DNA of 64,000 bases, taken from the human T2T-CHM13v2.0 reference genome, Homo sapiens. Positions 1 through 12,086 of this stretch are shown here, piece after piece. How positions within the stretch are numbered: position 1 is the first letter of the stretch; every line of letters starts with the position of its first letter. Location of the stretch: the NCBI RefSeq assembly GCF_009914755.1, contig NC_060948.1, one strand, 5' to 3'. Made by a program: the position numbers and the translations under genes. The notes under the pieces were generated by a model. That model was not told where the DNA came from. It did not search any database and saw nothing but the letters and a program-made list of their open reading frames with translations.

Positions 1-2201
1 AGCTGGGCGAGGCCCACGGGCCTCCTGAAAGAGGCCCGCAGAGTCTATGGGTGACAGGGGCGTTAGGTGGGCGCCTCAGATGTTGGTCTGTGGGACCATT
101 TTAACGCCTGGCACCGTTTTAACGATGGAGGTTCTGCAGGAGGGGGCGACCTGGGGTAGGAGGCGTGCTAGTGGTGGATGACATTGTGGCAGAGATGGAG
201 GTGGTGGCCAAGGAGGAGGCCGATGTGGAGAGGCAGCAGGAGGACCATCGGGCACAGAGCCCGGTCCTGGTCCCATTATGCCCCAGCACGCAACGAACTC
301 GCTGGAGGTCCTTCACTTGTAGCTGGGCTCCGTAAATGCCCCAGGCCACAGGGTATCTCCAGCTTCTGACCCACAGCTATAGTTTTGCAGCTGCCAATTC
401 GGGATGGCTGGCAGCAGCGGGGTGAGCCTCTAGCTCCTGGATGTGGGGTTTTGGGGAGCCAGGTCATAGGCACTGTGGGTCAGCCAGGAGTCAAGGTATG
501 GGGTACAATGAGGGGAGCCGAGATCAGGCTTCTGCAGATAGGAGGGCAGCTTGTTTTGGGGTGCCCTGAGGCCACGTAGGGTAGGGACAGGAACCAAAGC
601 ACAGCACTCACAAGAGAGAACAGCAGCACAAACGACGCTTCACGCACAGCAGAAAGTTGAAAGGCAAGTTTCCCTAGGAAAGTCCCTGGAGGAAGGGGAG
701 TCTGCACGTCCATGCCAGCCATGGAACCACGCTCCCGGTGTCTGCGTCCAACAGGCTCACCCTAGAAACACAATGTGCTCAAGACTTGGGTTCACGGTGC
801 AGGGGGCTGCTGTCCTCCACAAGGCAGGCACCAGCTCCACAGACAGGCCTTCTTACACCCAAAGAGGTGTAGGCCATGAGCATATATAGCCTCCACTGCA
901 CCCACACGAGCCCTGTGGGGAGAGCCAGGCACAGCCCTGCAGCCCCTTTAACCCACAGCGATTCCCTCTGGTGGACACGCCTACCCTTCAGGGAGATGAG
1001 AAGAGGACACTGCATGTCCTGACAGCAGCAGAGTCTGTCCAGGATCCAGCACACAAGAGCCTCCTGCAGCTCAGGAACCCTGAGGAAGCAGCCGCCTCAC
1101 ACCAGAGCACCCTGCCCCGCAACCCTCTCTCCACTTCTTCTGTGCCCACCCCTTTTCAGAACAGGTGGTCTGGGCCTGGCTCCACCTGCCACCAAGACCA
1201 CCACAGACACGAAGGTGCCCCCATGCCAGGCAGAGACAGAGGACCACTAAGTGGTGGTGCCAGGTCAAAGATCTAGGCGATAGCCCTGCTCCACACTCTC
1301 TGTGCTCTTTCAAAGTTGCAGGTTGTTTCATGGCACGCCCCGAGCCCCCCAATCATCTGACGGCTCCTAGACCAGATGCAGATTGTGGGGCACACCCAGA
1401 TATGGGCCGGGTTCACAAATGATGAAGTCTTGTTTAGCTACATGATGGATCTGCAGGCCAGGCTGCAGAGCTTGGGTATGCGGGAGTGGTCAGGTGTCTG
1501 GGTCAGGTTCAAGTTCTCTCTGGGGCCCAGGGGTGTCTAAGCAGCAGAGCTGGGAAGGGGAAACACATGTTTCACTCCAGCTAGCAGGCCACCTTAGTAC
1601 AGCTACATGAAATGGTCATTTGAGTCCATCCTCCTCCTTCTTGGCCAGATAGGGAAAGAAACTCAGCCACCCTGGGCACTGGCATCAGGATGAAGTTTTC
1701 CTTTTGTCACAATCTTTACTTCCACAATGAAATGATCATTCAGGAGTATTGCCTTGGCATCCTCAGTAAGACGTGCCTCCCAGCATGGTAGGGGAGCTGG
1801 TGTGTAGGAGGGTAGGTCTGGAAAGAACTTTCCTGACTCTTCTCTCTCCAGGACACCGGGTGTCTCATTCCACTGCAGTCCAGTGGTTATGGGATCATGA
1901 AGGTCAATCCTCCAGCCACAGGCAGTATACCTCCTACCTGAGCTTCTGCAGCTGGTTGGCTGACCATGGCTACCCAGGTTCTGGAAGGATTGCTGAAGTG
2001 AGGTCCACAGTGGGGCATCATGGGAAAGGACCTTCCTGGCCATTCCTTGGCCTCTGGGGCAGTGGCTTTAAGCCATGATGTGACCTGTCTTGTAACCCCT
2101 TCTGCAGTCCCCCAGATCATCAGCCGGGGCCTGTGGCTCAATCCCCTGCAGTACTTCCCTTGGGAGGGAGGCCATTAGAGAGGGAGCAAAGAGGAGGCCA
2201 G
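1..2201 (+). pseudogene. TSPY: Unprocessed TSPY-family (NAP/SET domain) pseudogene, diverged lineage (possibly FAM197Y-type); 5' end may run off the window
   Basis: Manual translation matches TSPY exon by exon. Exon 1 (~1-378): GGCACCGTTTTAACGATGGAGGTTCTGCAGGAG, DDIVAEMEVVAKEE, and QGISSF* (TSPY QSVPGFW with TGG>TGA), plus frameshifts and an internal deletion. Exon 2 (1382-1456): IVGHTQIWAGFTNDEVLFSYMMDLQ, donor is GC. Exon 3 (1653-1765): ...MKFSFCHNLYFHNEMIIQEYCLGIL, 1-bp frameshift. Exon 4 (1852-1997): HRVSHSTAVQWLWDHE...LSFCSWLADHGYPGSGRIAE. Exon 5 (2116-2201): IISRGLWLNPLQYFPWEGGH*. Short introns as in TSPY. The symbol gives the family, not the exact locus. Confidence 0.9.
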
Positions 2202-3347
2202 GTGAGCAGTCTAGGTCTGGGGACTGAGAGGCCCTTTGATTCCTGGAGTTGTGCCCCACATGAAGAATCCAAGCCTCAAGGAGGTGACTGCAGTGAGCAA
2301 TCCCAGGCCATCCATGGGCTCATGGAGAAATGGCCAACAGGGAACTGTAACACCCACATTTCAGGATTGAGGAACCTTAAGCTGCCTAAGAGGCATAAGT
2401 GTCTAAGGTCAGTGGGTGAGAAGCAAGGCTCAAGGGCCAGCTGTCTCATCATCCCTTACTGGCTCCCTTCCCTCCCATGAGGCCTGCTACCACTTGGGGT
2501 TCAGTTTGGGCTCAAGCAGGGCCCTCTTACCCTCCACACAGATATCCCCTCAAGGCCCGTCTAGGTCTACATCCTCCCAGAATGGCTCTCCCAGGCCCAT
2601 CATTTTCTGTAACAATGACAGCAGGCTCCCCTGACATGCTTTCTCCTGTCTGCCATCCTCACTCATACTGCCTTCCCCACCCAGACAAGAGAGGCCACTA
2701 CACAGGGAATCTTGGGGACCACACTGGGCTCACAGGGAAGGAAATGTAAAGAGATTGTTAAATGGCTGAGACCTTAGGTGTGTGTCCACGGTGGGAAACT
2801 GGCTAGAAATTAAGGCCCACCTGAGCACTGGCAGTGACACCAGGTGTCACTTATCATGATAAACACCTGCTTTGTCACATCACTTAATATTAATATAGAA
2901 GTTTTTTTTTTTAGAATAGTGAAACAATGAAGTCATGTATGAATAAATAGTGTTTTTTCAGATTTGTGTGGAAAACTGCAGACACATCCATTTTTGATTG
3001 CAATTCTTATGTGAGGCTTGAAGTTTTTATTGAGTTTTAAGATATATTTTGATTGTTCTACTTCTAGCAAATTTTATGCTCATTTTTGCAATATAGAGAC
3101 ATAGAATCCAGAAAATTTTTGAATGACTTTCATCTTCTTTTAGAGTACTTGCTTGTAAATTTTGAATTTTTTTTCCCTTGTGGTTCTTTTCAGTTTATTT
3201 TTTGTAATTTATATGCAAGGTGATATATTTGATTTTTAATTTGTTCTTGTGGAACTTTTGTTTAAAGGACTTTTTTTTCTATTAGATATGTGAGTTTGCC
3301 TGTGAGTACTTTTTCTAGTACAGATTTTTTTTTTCATTTTTCATTTC

Positions 3348-3659
3348 TGTGTGTGTATGTGTGTGTGGATGGAGTTTTGAGATGGAGTCTTGCTCTGTCA
3401 CCCAGGCTGGAGTGAAGTGGCATGATCTCGGCTCACCTCAACACCGCCTCCCAGCTCCAAGCGATTCCTCTGCTTCAGCCTTCCTGAGGTGGTGTGATTA
3501 CAGGTGCATGCCCCCATGTCCAGCTGATTTTTGTATTTTTAGTTGAGATGGGTTTCATCATATTTGCCAGGCTTGTTTTGAACTCCTGATCTCAAGTGTT
3601 CTGCCCACTTTGGCCTCTCAAAATGCTGGGCTTACAGGCACGAGCCACCATGCCTGGCC
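3348..3659 (-). mobile_element. AluS element whose tail has decayed into a (TG)n microsatellite
   Basis: GAGATGGAGTCTTGCTCTGTCACCCAGGCTGG...GAGCCACCATGCCTGGCC antisense Alu, CpG-decayed. Confidence 0.9.
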
Positions 3660-5435
3660 TCATCTGTTTTTCTACATATTTTTAACGCTTATTGTATTTT
3701 CTTCATGAACATGTATTTAAGAGTTATTGAAATAATATGTTTTATTTATTTACTCAATACTTTAGTAGGATTTTAAAAGTAATGTTTTCCTTCACTAAAT
3801 ACAGTACGATGAATAGGTTAAAACTTGTATAGCATTGTCATTTTCTTTTTCATAAATTCTTCAACAACTCTGATACTCTTTTTCCCACACCTGAAGAGAA
3901 TATGCAGACAGATACAAAAAATTGTGTGTGAGTTTGTATGAAAATATAATTTGAAAGACTAATAAATTTCACAAATACAATTTCACATTTGTATTTTGCA
4001 TCATTTTGAATTTTTTTTTTTTGTTTGCTGATAAATAAAATCCTGAATTCACATTCATGTTAAATAGGAGCTTTTGAATCATTTTCAAGAATGAAAACAA
4101 TCCAAGGCCATGCATTAGTTCAGGAAGTAGGTAGAAAGCAGTTGTTATGAAGAAAAGCCATATTCACCGAAGGTACATTTAGAGAGATTTTGAAAGGCTA
4201 AGTCAATATTTTCCTTGTTGATGCTCTGGTGTTTTATCATATTGTGACCAGACTGTGGCATCACTAGTTATAGTCACTAGGCTACCAAAGTCCCTGGGCT
4301 GTGGTAATTATGATTGAGGAAAGTGGCAGTGTGGTTGGCTGTTTAAGGAGACTAAAGGACTTAGGAGTTTCCACCCAAGAAACAAGGACTTGTTTTATTG
4401 GGTGGCCTTCTTTTGCTGAAGTAGATAAGATCCAGGAGAAGTGTGGACTCACTGCAGTAGCTAGGGTTTTGAGACTGGTGAAGCCTATTTGTCTCCAACT
4501 ACCATTGCCAGGTATTGGTCCACACATAATGGCACATCCTGGACTCACTGACTCCTGTAAATTCCAACACAGAATTTGGATTTAAATCCCTATTCCAACT
4601 TCTTAATCATAGGTTTAATAAGTTGATAAATGATGTATTCAGAAGAAAGGGAGACATCAGATAAGTGCCTAAGTAAATCATCCTGATCAAATACCTTCAA
4701 AAAGTTTACTACAAAAAGTCACTGAAGATTAAACCTCGAAAAGTTATTTTAATTGGGGAAATATAAAAAGTGGACTCATTTTAAGCTCTGAGGTGTAAAG
4801 GTACTATTATTAGAATAAAAGAATTACATAAAATGTCTAATTTGTATGTAGAGCAGCATACTAGCTATTTAATATAGCTAGAGACTGATAACAACCCATG
4901 TAAGAAAACTCAGAGATTAACAACAAAAATTTTTCAGACTTTGTTCCATAATTAAAGAGTTTTAAAGTGTATTCCTACTGATCAATGATTCACTTATATT
5001 TATCATATAGGCAGGCTGTATACCCTTTTGAATAGGGACAAAGTTATAGTTTCTATTATGTAGTAAGAAAAAAATGTATTTTGTACCACATTTGCATCAG
5101 AGTCTTTGCCCAGAGTAATGAAGCAAACAATGAAACTGCCTATGTCAGGTTACAGGTGGGCACAGCTGGAAGCTTCCATCACTTGCCTCTTTCACATTTC
5201 TGGATTCTCATCGGTCCCTCCTAGAAAGACAAATGGACTGTAACTATCCTAAAGAACATATATTACATTTAAACAGTAAGTATTGAGATAATACTATGAT
5301 TTGTCTTAACACTTATGTCTCATCATCACTTTAAACTTGTATCTATGACTTTTACACAGAAATTCAGTTTATTTTATCACCGTTAACATTTTACATCACA
5401 CATTTTTTTCTATTTTATTCTCTTTTTGCTCACTT

Positions 5436-6047
5436 ATTTTTTTCTTTTTTAAGGTAGAGTTTCACTCTATCACCCAGGCTGTAGTACAGAGGCTTGATCT
5501 CAGCTCACTGCAACCTCTGCCTCCAGGGTTTATTTTTTTATTTTTTTTATGTTTTTGAGACGGAGTCTCCCTGTCGCCCAGGCTGGAGTGCAGTGGCGCG
5601 ATCTTGGCTTACTGCAGGCTCCGCCTCCCGGGGTTCACGCCATTCTCCTGCCTCAGCCTCCCTAGTAGCTGGGACTACAGGCGCCCGCTACCTCGCCCGG
5701 CTAATTTTTTGTATTTTTAGTAGAGACGGGGTTTCACTGTGTTAGCCAGGATGGTCTCGATCTCCTGATCTCGTGATCCACCCGCCTCGGCCTCCCAAAG
5801 TGCTGGGATTACAGGCGTGAGCCACCGCGCCCGGCCGCCTCCAGGGTTTAAGCAGTTCTCTTGCCTCAACCTCTTAAGTAGGTGGGATTACAGGTACACA
5901 CCACCACTCTTGGCTAATTTTGTATTTTTAATAGAGATGGGGTTTCCACATGATGGTCAGACTTGTCTTGAACTCCTGACCTCAGGTGATCCATTGCTTC
6001 AGCCTCCCAAAGTGCTGGAATTACATGTGTGAGCCACCACTTCTGGC
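5436..6047 (-). mobile_element. AluS(x-like) element split by a nested AluY (arms 5436-5531 and 5837-6047)
   Basis: Antisense Alu right arm stops at GCCTCCAGGGTTT and resumes at the same motif at 5837. Confidence 0.88.
5532..5836 (-). mobile_element. AluY (AluYe-like) nested in an older Alu
   Basis: CpG-rich AluY (TTCACGCCATTCTCC, TTAGCCAGGATGGTCTCGATCTCC); TSD GCCTCCAGGGTTT(A) at 5519-5532 and 5837-5850. Confidence 0.92.
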
Positions 6048-6346
6048 CTTTTTTTTTTTTTTTTGATACAAGTTCTTGCTTGGTTACCCAGGCTGGAGTG
6101 CATTGGCACAATCTTTGCTCACTGCAGCCTCTATCTCCCAAGCTCAAGCTATCCTCCTGCCTCACCTCTGACATAGATGGGACTACATGTGGCCACACCA
6201 CCCAGGCTATTTTTTTTGTATACTTGTTTAGTGATGACATCCTCTATATTGCCCAAGCTGGCATCAAATTCCTGGACTCAAAATGTCCTCTTAGTTTAAG
6301 CTCCCAAATTGCTGGAATTACAGGGGTGAGCCAATGTAGACAGACT
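6048..6346 (-). mobile_element. AluJ element
   Basis: T17 tail then GCTCACTGCAGCCTC...GCTCAAGCTATCCTCC (J diagnostics), highly diverged. Confidence 0.85.
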
Positions 6347-7269
6347 TGTCACTTTTTAATAACATTTTAAATGTCACTCTGCAAAATTAACAAGTCAATT
6401 TTTACTTATGAAATTCCAAATTCCAAGTCAAGTTCAGCTAGATTTTCATAAAAAGGTAAAAATTAAACAAAACAATACAAAACCCTACTTTTTCATTTGT
6501 TCTGACGGGAGCAGAGAAGTGGGAAGGAAAACCTCTCTACATTGCTTTACAAAACTAGACTGTAAAGAGAATGTTCCTCATATAGCTTTTGTCAGATCTA
6601 AATTCCTATGAAGTTATCATCAGAACCATCATCTCTGATGTGGATTAAACATCTTATAATTAGTAGTGTGTACAATTGTGATTATAGTTATTCCTTGAAC
6701 CATAATATTAAAAATATGAACCTTTTTTTTTTTAGAACTGCTACCCTAATAAGAAAAGTAACTGTTGATCTGATATAATAATTTGTGGCACAGACAGCCA
6801 GCATTCTGAACTATTCAGGTTCTTCAGATAGCCCAAGTGCTAAGAGCTGAATGGGAGTCTGGACATCTTGGAGGAGTAGTAATGCCAGGGCATTTCTTGC
6901 TGCCCCACTCACCAACTGGAATCTTTCATGCAGTAGAATGGTAGACACCTTCACAACTCTCAGTGGTGTCCCAGGGTGCCTCAGGTCCAGAATCAAAGCA
7001 GTGTCTTCAGGATTCCTGTGTGCATAGGCAAAGATTTATTACAGTACACTCATTAGAAAACCTGAACCTTAAACCTACATCAGGTTTTCCAGCATATTGC
7101 TTTAGTCATGATACACAAGGTCCCTAGCTCATCTGCAGAGAAATCAGAAATCTATTAATAAAGAGTCCACAGACAATGAGATTGCAGAGGAATTAACTAA
7201 CAGAGGTACTAATAAGCCAAACACAGTGCGGCAATTTATTTTTAGCCTAAAACAAAAATGTTATCTGTA

Positions 7270-7890
7270 TAAGTGAGATGGTCATGCATGATTTTCATCT
7301 TTGGGCTATTGTTAATAGTGCATCTGTGAAAATTCATGGACAAGTTTGTGTATGGATGCATTTTTCTTTTTTTGGTTTGGCCTAGGAAGGCAATTGCTGG
7401 ATCATATAGTACTTCCGTGTCTAACCAAGACACAGAAGTACTGTGTAAAGGAACCACCAAATTGTTTTCTAGAGTTCTTGTAGCATTTTACATTTTTCTC
7501 AGCAAATTATGAAGGTGGTAATTTGTCTACATTTATGTAAAAACTTGCTGTTTTCTTACTTTATTTTTAAGCATATTCATCTTGAAGTATGTAAAGTCTA
7601 TCTTATTTTAGATTTGATTTGCTTATACTTTTTTGAGGAAATGTCTATTGAAATAATTTCCTCATATTTCAATAGACTTTGGTCATGGCATTGAAGGTCT
7701 GATTTGTATCTTTTTTTGTGTATTTGTCATAGTAGACTTTTAGAGATAAATAATTTAAAAATATTTTCTTCGGTCTTTTGAAGTCTTTCTTGTAGTATTC
7801 TTTGAAGCTACAGAGTTTTCAATGTAGACAAAATCATATTTTTTTACTTATTTCCAGACTTCTACTTTGATTTGCTTTTTTTATTGTGGC
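7270..7890 (-). mobile_element. Old L1M (L1MB/MC-type) ORF2 3' fragment
   Basis: TTTGGGCTATTGTTAATAGTGC...CCTAGGAAGGCAATTGCTGGATCATATAG; minus-strand translation YDPAIAFLG. Confidence 0.65.
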
Positions 7891-8122
7891 AGAATGCACA
7901 TAAAATAAATTTTTTCCCTCTTAACAGATTTTACTTTTCCTGGTCACTGGCATAATATTCATTTACAGTTTGTGCATCACTTTCTTCAAAAGTTTATCAC
8001 TTTTTATTTTTTAAATTAAAACTTTCTATTCATTAATAATAATTCCAACATAGTCTCATAGTCATTAGAGGGTGTTGATTTGGAAACTTTGTTTGATTAT
8101 TTCATTCTGGCAGTGTATTTTT

Positions 8123-8544
8123 TCCTTTCAGTCTTCTAAAAAAAAAATGGGATACATGTACAGAATGTGCAGATTTGTTACTTAGGTATATGTGTGCCAT
8201 GATGGTTTCCTAAACCTATTGACCCATTGTTTAAGTTCACTCCCCTTGTCCCCCATTCACCAACAGGCCCTGGTATGTGTCGTTCCCATCTCTGTGAATG
8301 TGTGTTCTCAATGTTCAGCTCCCATTTATCAGTGAGAACATTCAGTGTTTAGTTATCTCTTCTTGTGTTTGTTTGCTGAGAATGATGGCTTCCAACTTCA
8401 TCCATGTCCCTGCAAAGGACATGATCTCATTTCTTTTTATGGTTGCATAGTATTCCATTGTGTATGTGTACCACATTTTCTTTATCCAGGCTATCACTGA
8501 TGGGCACTTGGATTGGTTCCATGCCTTTGCTATTGTAAATAGTG
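8123..8544 (-). mobile_element. 5'-truncated L1PA (about L1PA8-like) 3' end
   Basis: GGGATACATGTACAGAATGTGCAG...CATCCATGTCCCTGCAAAGGACATG; TSD-like TCT(GG/AA)CAGTGTATTTTT at 8106-8122 and 8545-8561. Confidence 0.85.
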
Positions 8545-8735
8545 TCTAACAGTGTATTTTTGTATATAAACTTTAGCAATTCTATTTGGAAGCCTATTAT
8601 TTCTTATTTTTTGCCTAATTGTTTCAGGATAACAATTATTATGTCAAAAAGAAGTAGTGAAAGTAATAGTTCTGAGTTTTTCCTGATATTAGAGAAAAAA
8701 CTTTTAGTCTTTTATCATTAGAACCTTACCTTAGA

Positions 8736-8933
8736 CAAGCTTGTTTAATCCACCTTATTTCATTGTTGTTGTTGTTTTATTTTGTTTTAGGCTTTTAGCA
8801 GCTTGAAACCATACTTTTTAGTTTCTGTCTCCAGCAACAAAGGGAAGGTAGGGATGAGGAAGGAGATTTACTGGCGCATACAGAAATGAAAACTAAAAAT
8901 TCATGACTGTATTCTCTCGCTTAGACACCACTG
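8736..8933 (-). mobile_element. MER30B-like hAT-Charlie MITE
   Basis: Ends CAAGCTTG...GACACCACTG, internal GGCTTTTAGCAGCTTGAAACCAT; flanked by direct repeat CCTTAGA (8729-8735, 8934-8940). Confidence 0.75.
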
Positions 8934-8999
8934 CCTTAGATCATATATAAATATTTACTCAATATAAATCAAAGCTGAACCTAAAAAAGGCAACTTTAA

Positions 9000-10560
9000 A
9001 AGTTTTAGAGAAGAATTTATGATATTGAATTCTGCAATGATTTCTTGTATTACATCAAAAGTAGAGGTGACCAAAGAATAACTAAATAAATAACTTAGTA
9101 TTCTGATATTCAGTGAAAATATCTCTTAGTGGGATATAAATTTATTCTAAAAGAAAAAAGAATCTCCTAAAGGAATTCTTAAATTCTATAGAAAGTTTTG
9201 GCAGATAGGTAATTATTGTAGTCTTAATTTTCCTTTCTATTTTTTAAAAACTTCTATGAGTATTGAAAGTAAAAAGAATATCAAATGGATAGTTTAACAT
9301 AAAATAAAGTAAATATGAGTATTGAAAGTAAAAATAACATCAAATGCATACTTTGCTATAAAGGGTTTAATATGTTTCACAATTCTAACATTCATTTGGA
9401 AAGATAAGTGGTTATTATCTAGCTGTGAAGCTTCTGTATTTTGCTGGAAGTGGTAAAACATTAACACTAAATAATAATATATTAATAATTTTTAAAACAA
9501 ATGTTTAATAGTAATACAAAGAGATACAAAGATGGAAGGTCAATTGACACATTGAGAGGGAATACTAAACTATGTTTAAATAATTTACAAGGAGACAAAA
9601 AAGTTCATATTCCCAGATACAAACAGTAAAATAACAAAACAGTATACCTTAAATTCAGTTGTATTAGTAGTAATACATAATGTAAATTGGTCTTGGTAAA
9701 AAAACAAATGCTCAGATAAGATTAGACAAAACAAGTCTCCATTACATGCAATTATATTAAATCTTTAAGTCACCAACTTTATATTTAATGCTATACATTA
9801 AAGTTACAGTGAGATATCAAAGCTGACAGTAAATGGGTATAGTTATGAAAAGACAACCAGAAAGGCCCTTTGATGTTGGGACTGTTTTGTATCTTAACAT
9901 GGTGATGGACACACAGACACATACTTAATTCTGTATGTATGTTTAATTGACTATATCTGTGTAATAATAACTAAAATAAATAAATTACACAGATAGAGAC
10001 AACTAAACACACATACAGAAATAAGTATTAAAAAACTAGAGAAATTTGAAAATCTAAGATTTTCAAAATTTTAAAATTTTAAAATTGGGTAAAAGTTACC
10101 TATTATTTCTTAAAATAGATTAATAGAGAAAACATTATCTCTATTATTTATTAAAACTCTATGTAATTCTACAATTAACTCAACTTTTTTTCAAAATCTA
10201 AGATTGGAAAAAGAAAATAAGCAATCACCACTTTTGAAAACAGTGTATTGAATAGGTACTGTAAAGCTAAATAAAAAACCATACAGAAATACTAATCTCA
10301 CCAATTCTAGTTCCAAGTGTTACCAATACCGAAACTACTTTAGATGTTTATTAGGAGTGAACAAAGCTAGTTGTAGATAATTACAGTTTAGATTATAATT
10401 TTTGGAAAGATAAGATACAGGTAAGGGAAGTTAGATGGCTTAAGTGACCCTATGATATTCAACTGTAATCATGGCTATTGTGTGGACACATATACATATG
10501 TGTACATATGTATTTAAATTTAGACATATACATACAGATATGCACAGTAATCAAGGTATG
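9000..10560 (+). mobile_element. Degenerate old L1M fragments (ORF2 start and L1MC/MD-type 3' UTR)
   Basis: A-rich; L1-like AGTAGTAATACATAATGTAAATTGGTC and GGGACTGTTTTGTATCTTAACATGGTGATGG. Confidence 0.45.
9255..9356. repeat. Two-copy ~59-bp tandem duplication
   Basis: TATGAGTATTGAAAGTAAAAA.AA.ATCAAATG.ATA.TTT at 9255 and 9314. Confidence 0.8.
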
Positions 10561-10589
10561 TGTATATCAGCATTGACAAATGGTGTCTT

Positions 10590-11688
10590 CTAGACATAGA
10601 AGAATTTCCCTGCAAACAGAAACATTTTTACTTCCTCGCTTGCTATTTGCATACAGTTTATTTCTTTCTCTTGTCCGATTACCCTGGACAAACTTACGAT
10701 ACTATGTTGAATAGGAATGGTGAGAGAGGTCATCCTTGTCTAGTGGCTGTTTTCAAAGGGAATGCTTCCAGCATTTCCCCATTCAGTATGATATTGGCAG
10801 TGGTTTTGTTATAAGTGGCTGTTACTATTTTGAGGTATGTTTCATCAATACCTAGTATACTGAAAGTTTTTAAAATAAAGAGGCGTTGATTTTATCAAAT
10901 GACTCTTCTGCACTTACTGAAATAATCATGTGGTTTTTGGCCTGAGTTCTGTTTTTATGATGAATGACATTTATTGATTTGCATTGCATATGTTGAATGT
11001 GCCTTGTGTCCTGGGATGCAGCCAACTTGATTATAGTTGATAAGCTTTTAGATGTGCTGCTGGTTTCAGTTTGCCGGTATTTTATTGAGTATTTTTGGAT
11101 CAATGTTTATCAGGAATATTGACATACAGTTTCCTTTTTTGGTTGTATTGCTGCCAGGTTTTGGTACCAGATTGTTGTTAACCTCATAAAATGAGTTAGG
11201 AAAAAATCTCTTTCTTTCAATTGTTTGAAATAGTTACAGAAGAAATGGTATCAGCTCCTGGTTGTGTCGCTGATAGAATACAACTCTAAACCCATCTGGA
11301 CCTGGGCTTTTTTTGGTTGGTAGACAATTTATTAATGTCTCAATTTTAGAACTTATTATTGGTTTATTCATGGATTCAATTTCTTCCTGGTCCAGTCTTG
11401 GAAGGGTTTATGTGTCCAGGAATGTATCTGTTTCTTTTAGATTTCCTAGTTTATTTGCATAGAGGTGTATAAAGTATTATCTGATGTTGGCATTTCTGTG
11501 GGTCAGTGGTGGTATCCTGTTTATCATTTTAATTGAATTATTTTTTTCTACTCTCTGTTTTTATTAGTCTAGGTACCATTGTATCTATTTTATTAAGTTT
11601 TTTGAAAAAACAACTCCTAGATTCATTGATTTTTAAAAGGATGTTTCTTGTCTCTATCTCCTTCAGTTTCACTCTTATCTTGATTACT
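10590..11688 (-). mobile_element. L1P (older L1PA/PB) ORF2 fragment
   Basis: ACTATGTTGAATAGGAATGGTGAGAGAGGTCATCCTTGTC...CTATCTCCTTCAGTT; homologous to 27600-28670 of the young L1 in this window; [17 protein letters not shown]. Confidence 0.9.
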
Positions 11689-12086
11689 ATTATTATTATT
11701 ATTTTAATACATTAAGTATAAGATTGAAAAATATCCGGAAATATTTATTTGGAGACATTTTCTTACAATTTAGAAGCAAATGAAGCCATTCAAAAATTTT
11801 GCCATAAACCCCATCCACATGTACTGATTTCCACCTGCAAAATCTAGCCCTGACTTCCTCTTCTTCTGGTAAAGGAACCAGACCAGTTACTGAATTCTAT
11901 AGTCACCTCTAAGTAAGTACGTCTTCTCTTCACTGTTGGTGTGAAATAAGGAAAAATGAATGTGAGTTTAGCCAGGCTGTCCATGAAACAGGCACAGTCA
12001 TCACGGGCACACAGTTGTGCTGCCTGGTGTTCCCCACATATGTGGCCTGCAGATACTGTGTTTGATTTTGTATAGTCTGTCCTATC

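Noticed and set aside
76-2749. Many 60-126-aa ORFs on both strands in the GC-rich first 2.7 kb
   Set aside because: Off-frame or antisense readings of the TSPY-like exons and introns; only part of 1773..2078 (exon 4) and the last residues of 178..369 are real homology
2290-2950. TSPY exon 6 / 3' UTR with AATAAA at 2942
   Set aside because: No convincing similarity to TSPY exon 6 by eye, and AATAAA is common in this AT-rich flank
4301-4585. 94-aa ORF in apparently unique sequence downstream of the TSPY-like gene
   Set aside because: GTG start, no recognisable domain or splice structure; cannot be supported without a search
6780-7060. Possible old LTR (MER21-like) fragment
   Set aside because: Only short motif resemblance (AAGATTTATTACAG); no termini or TSD identified
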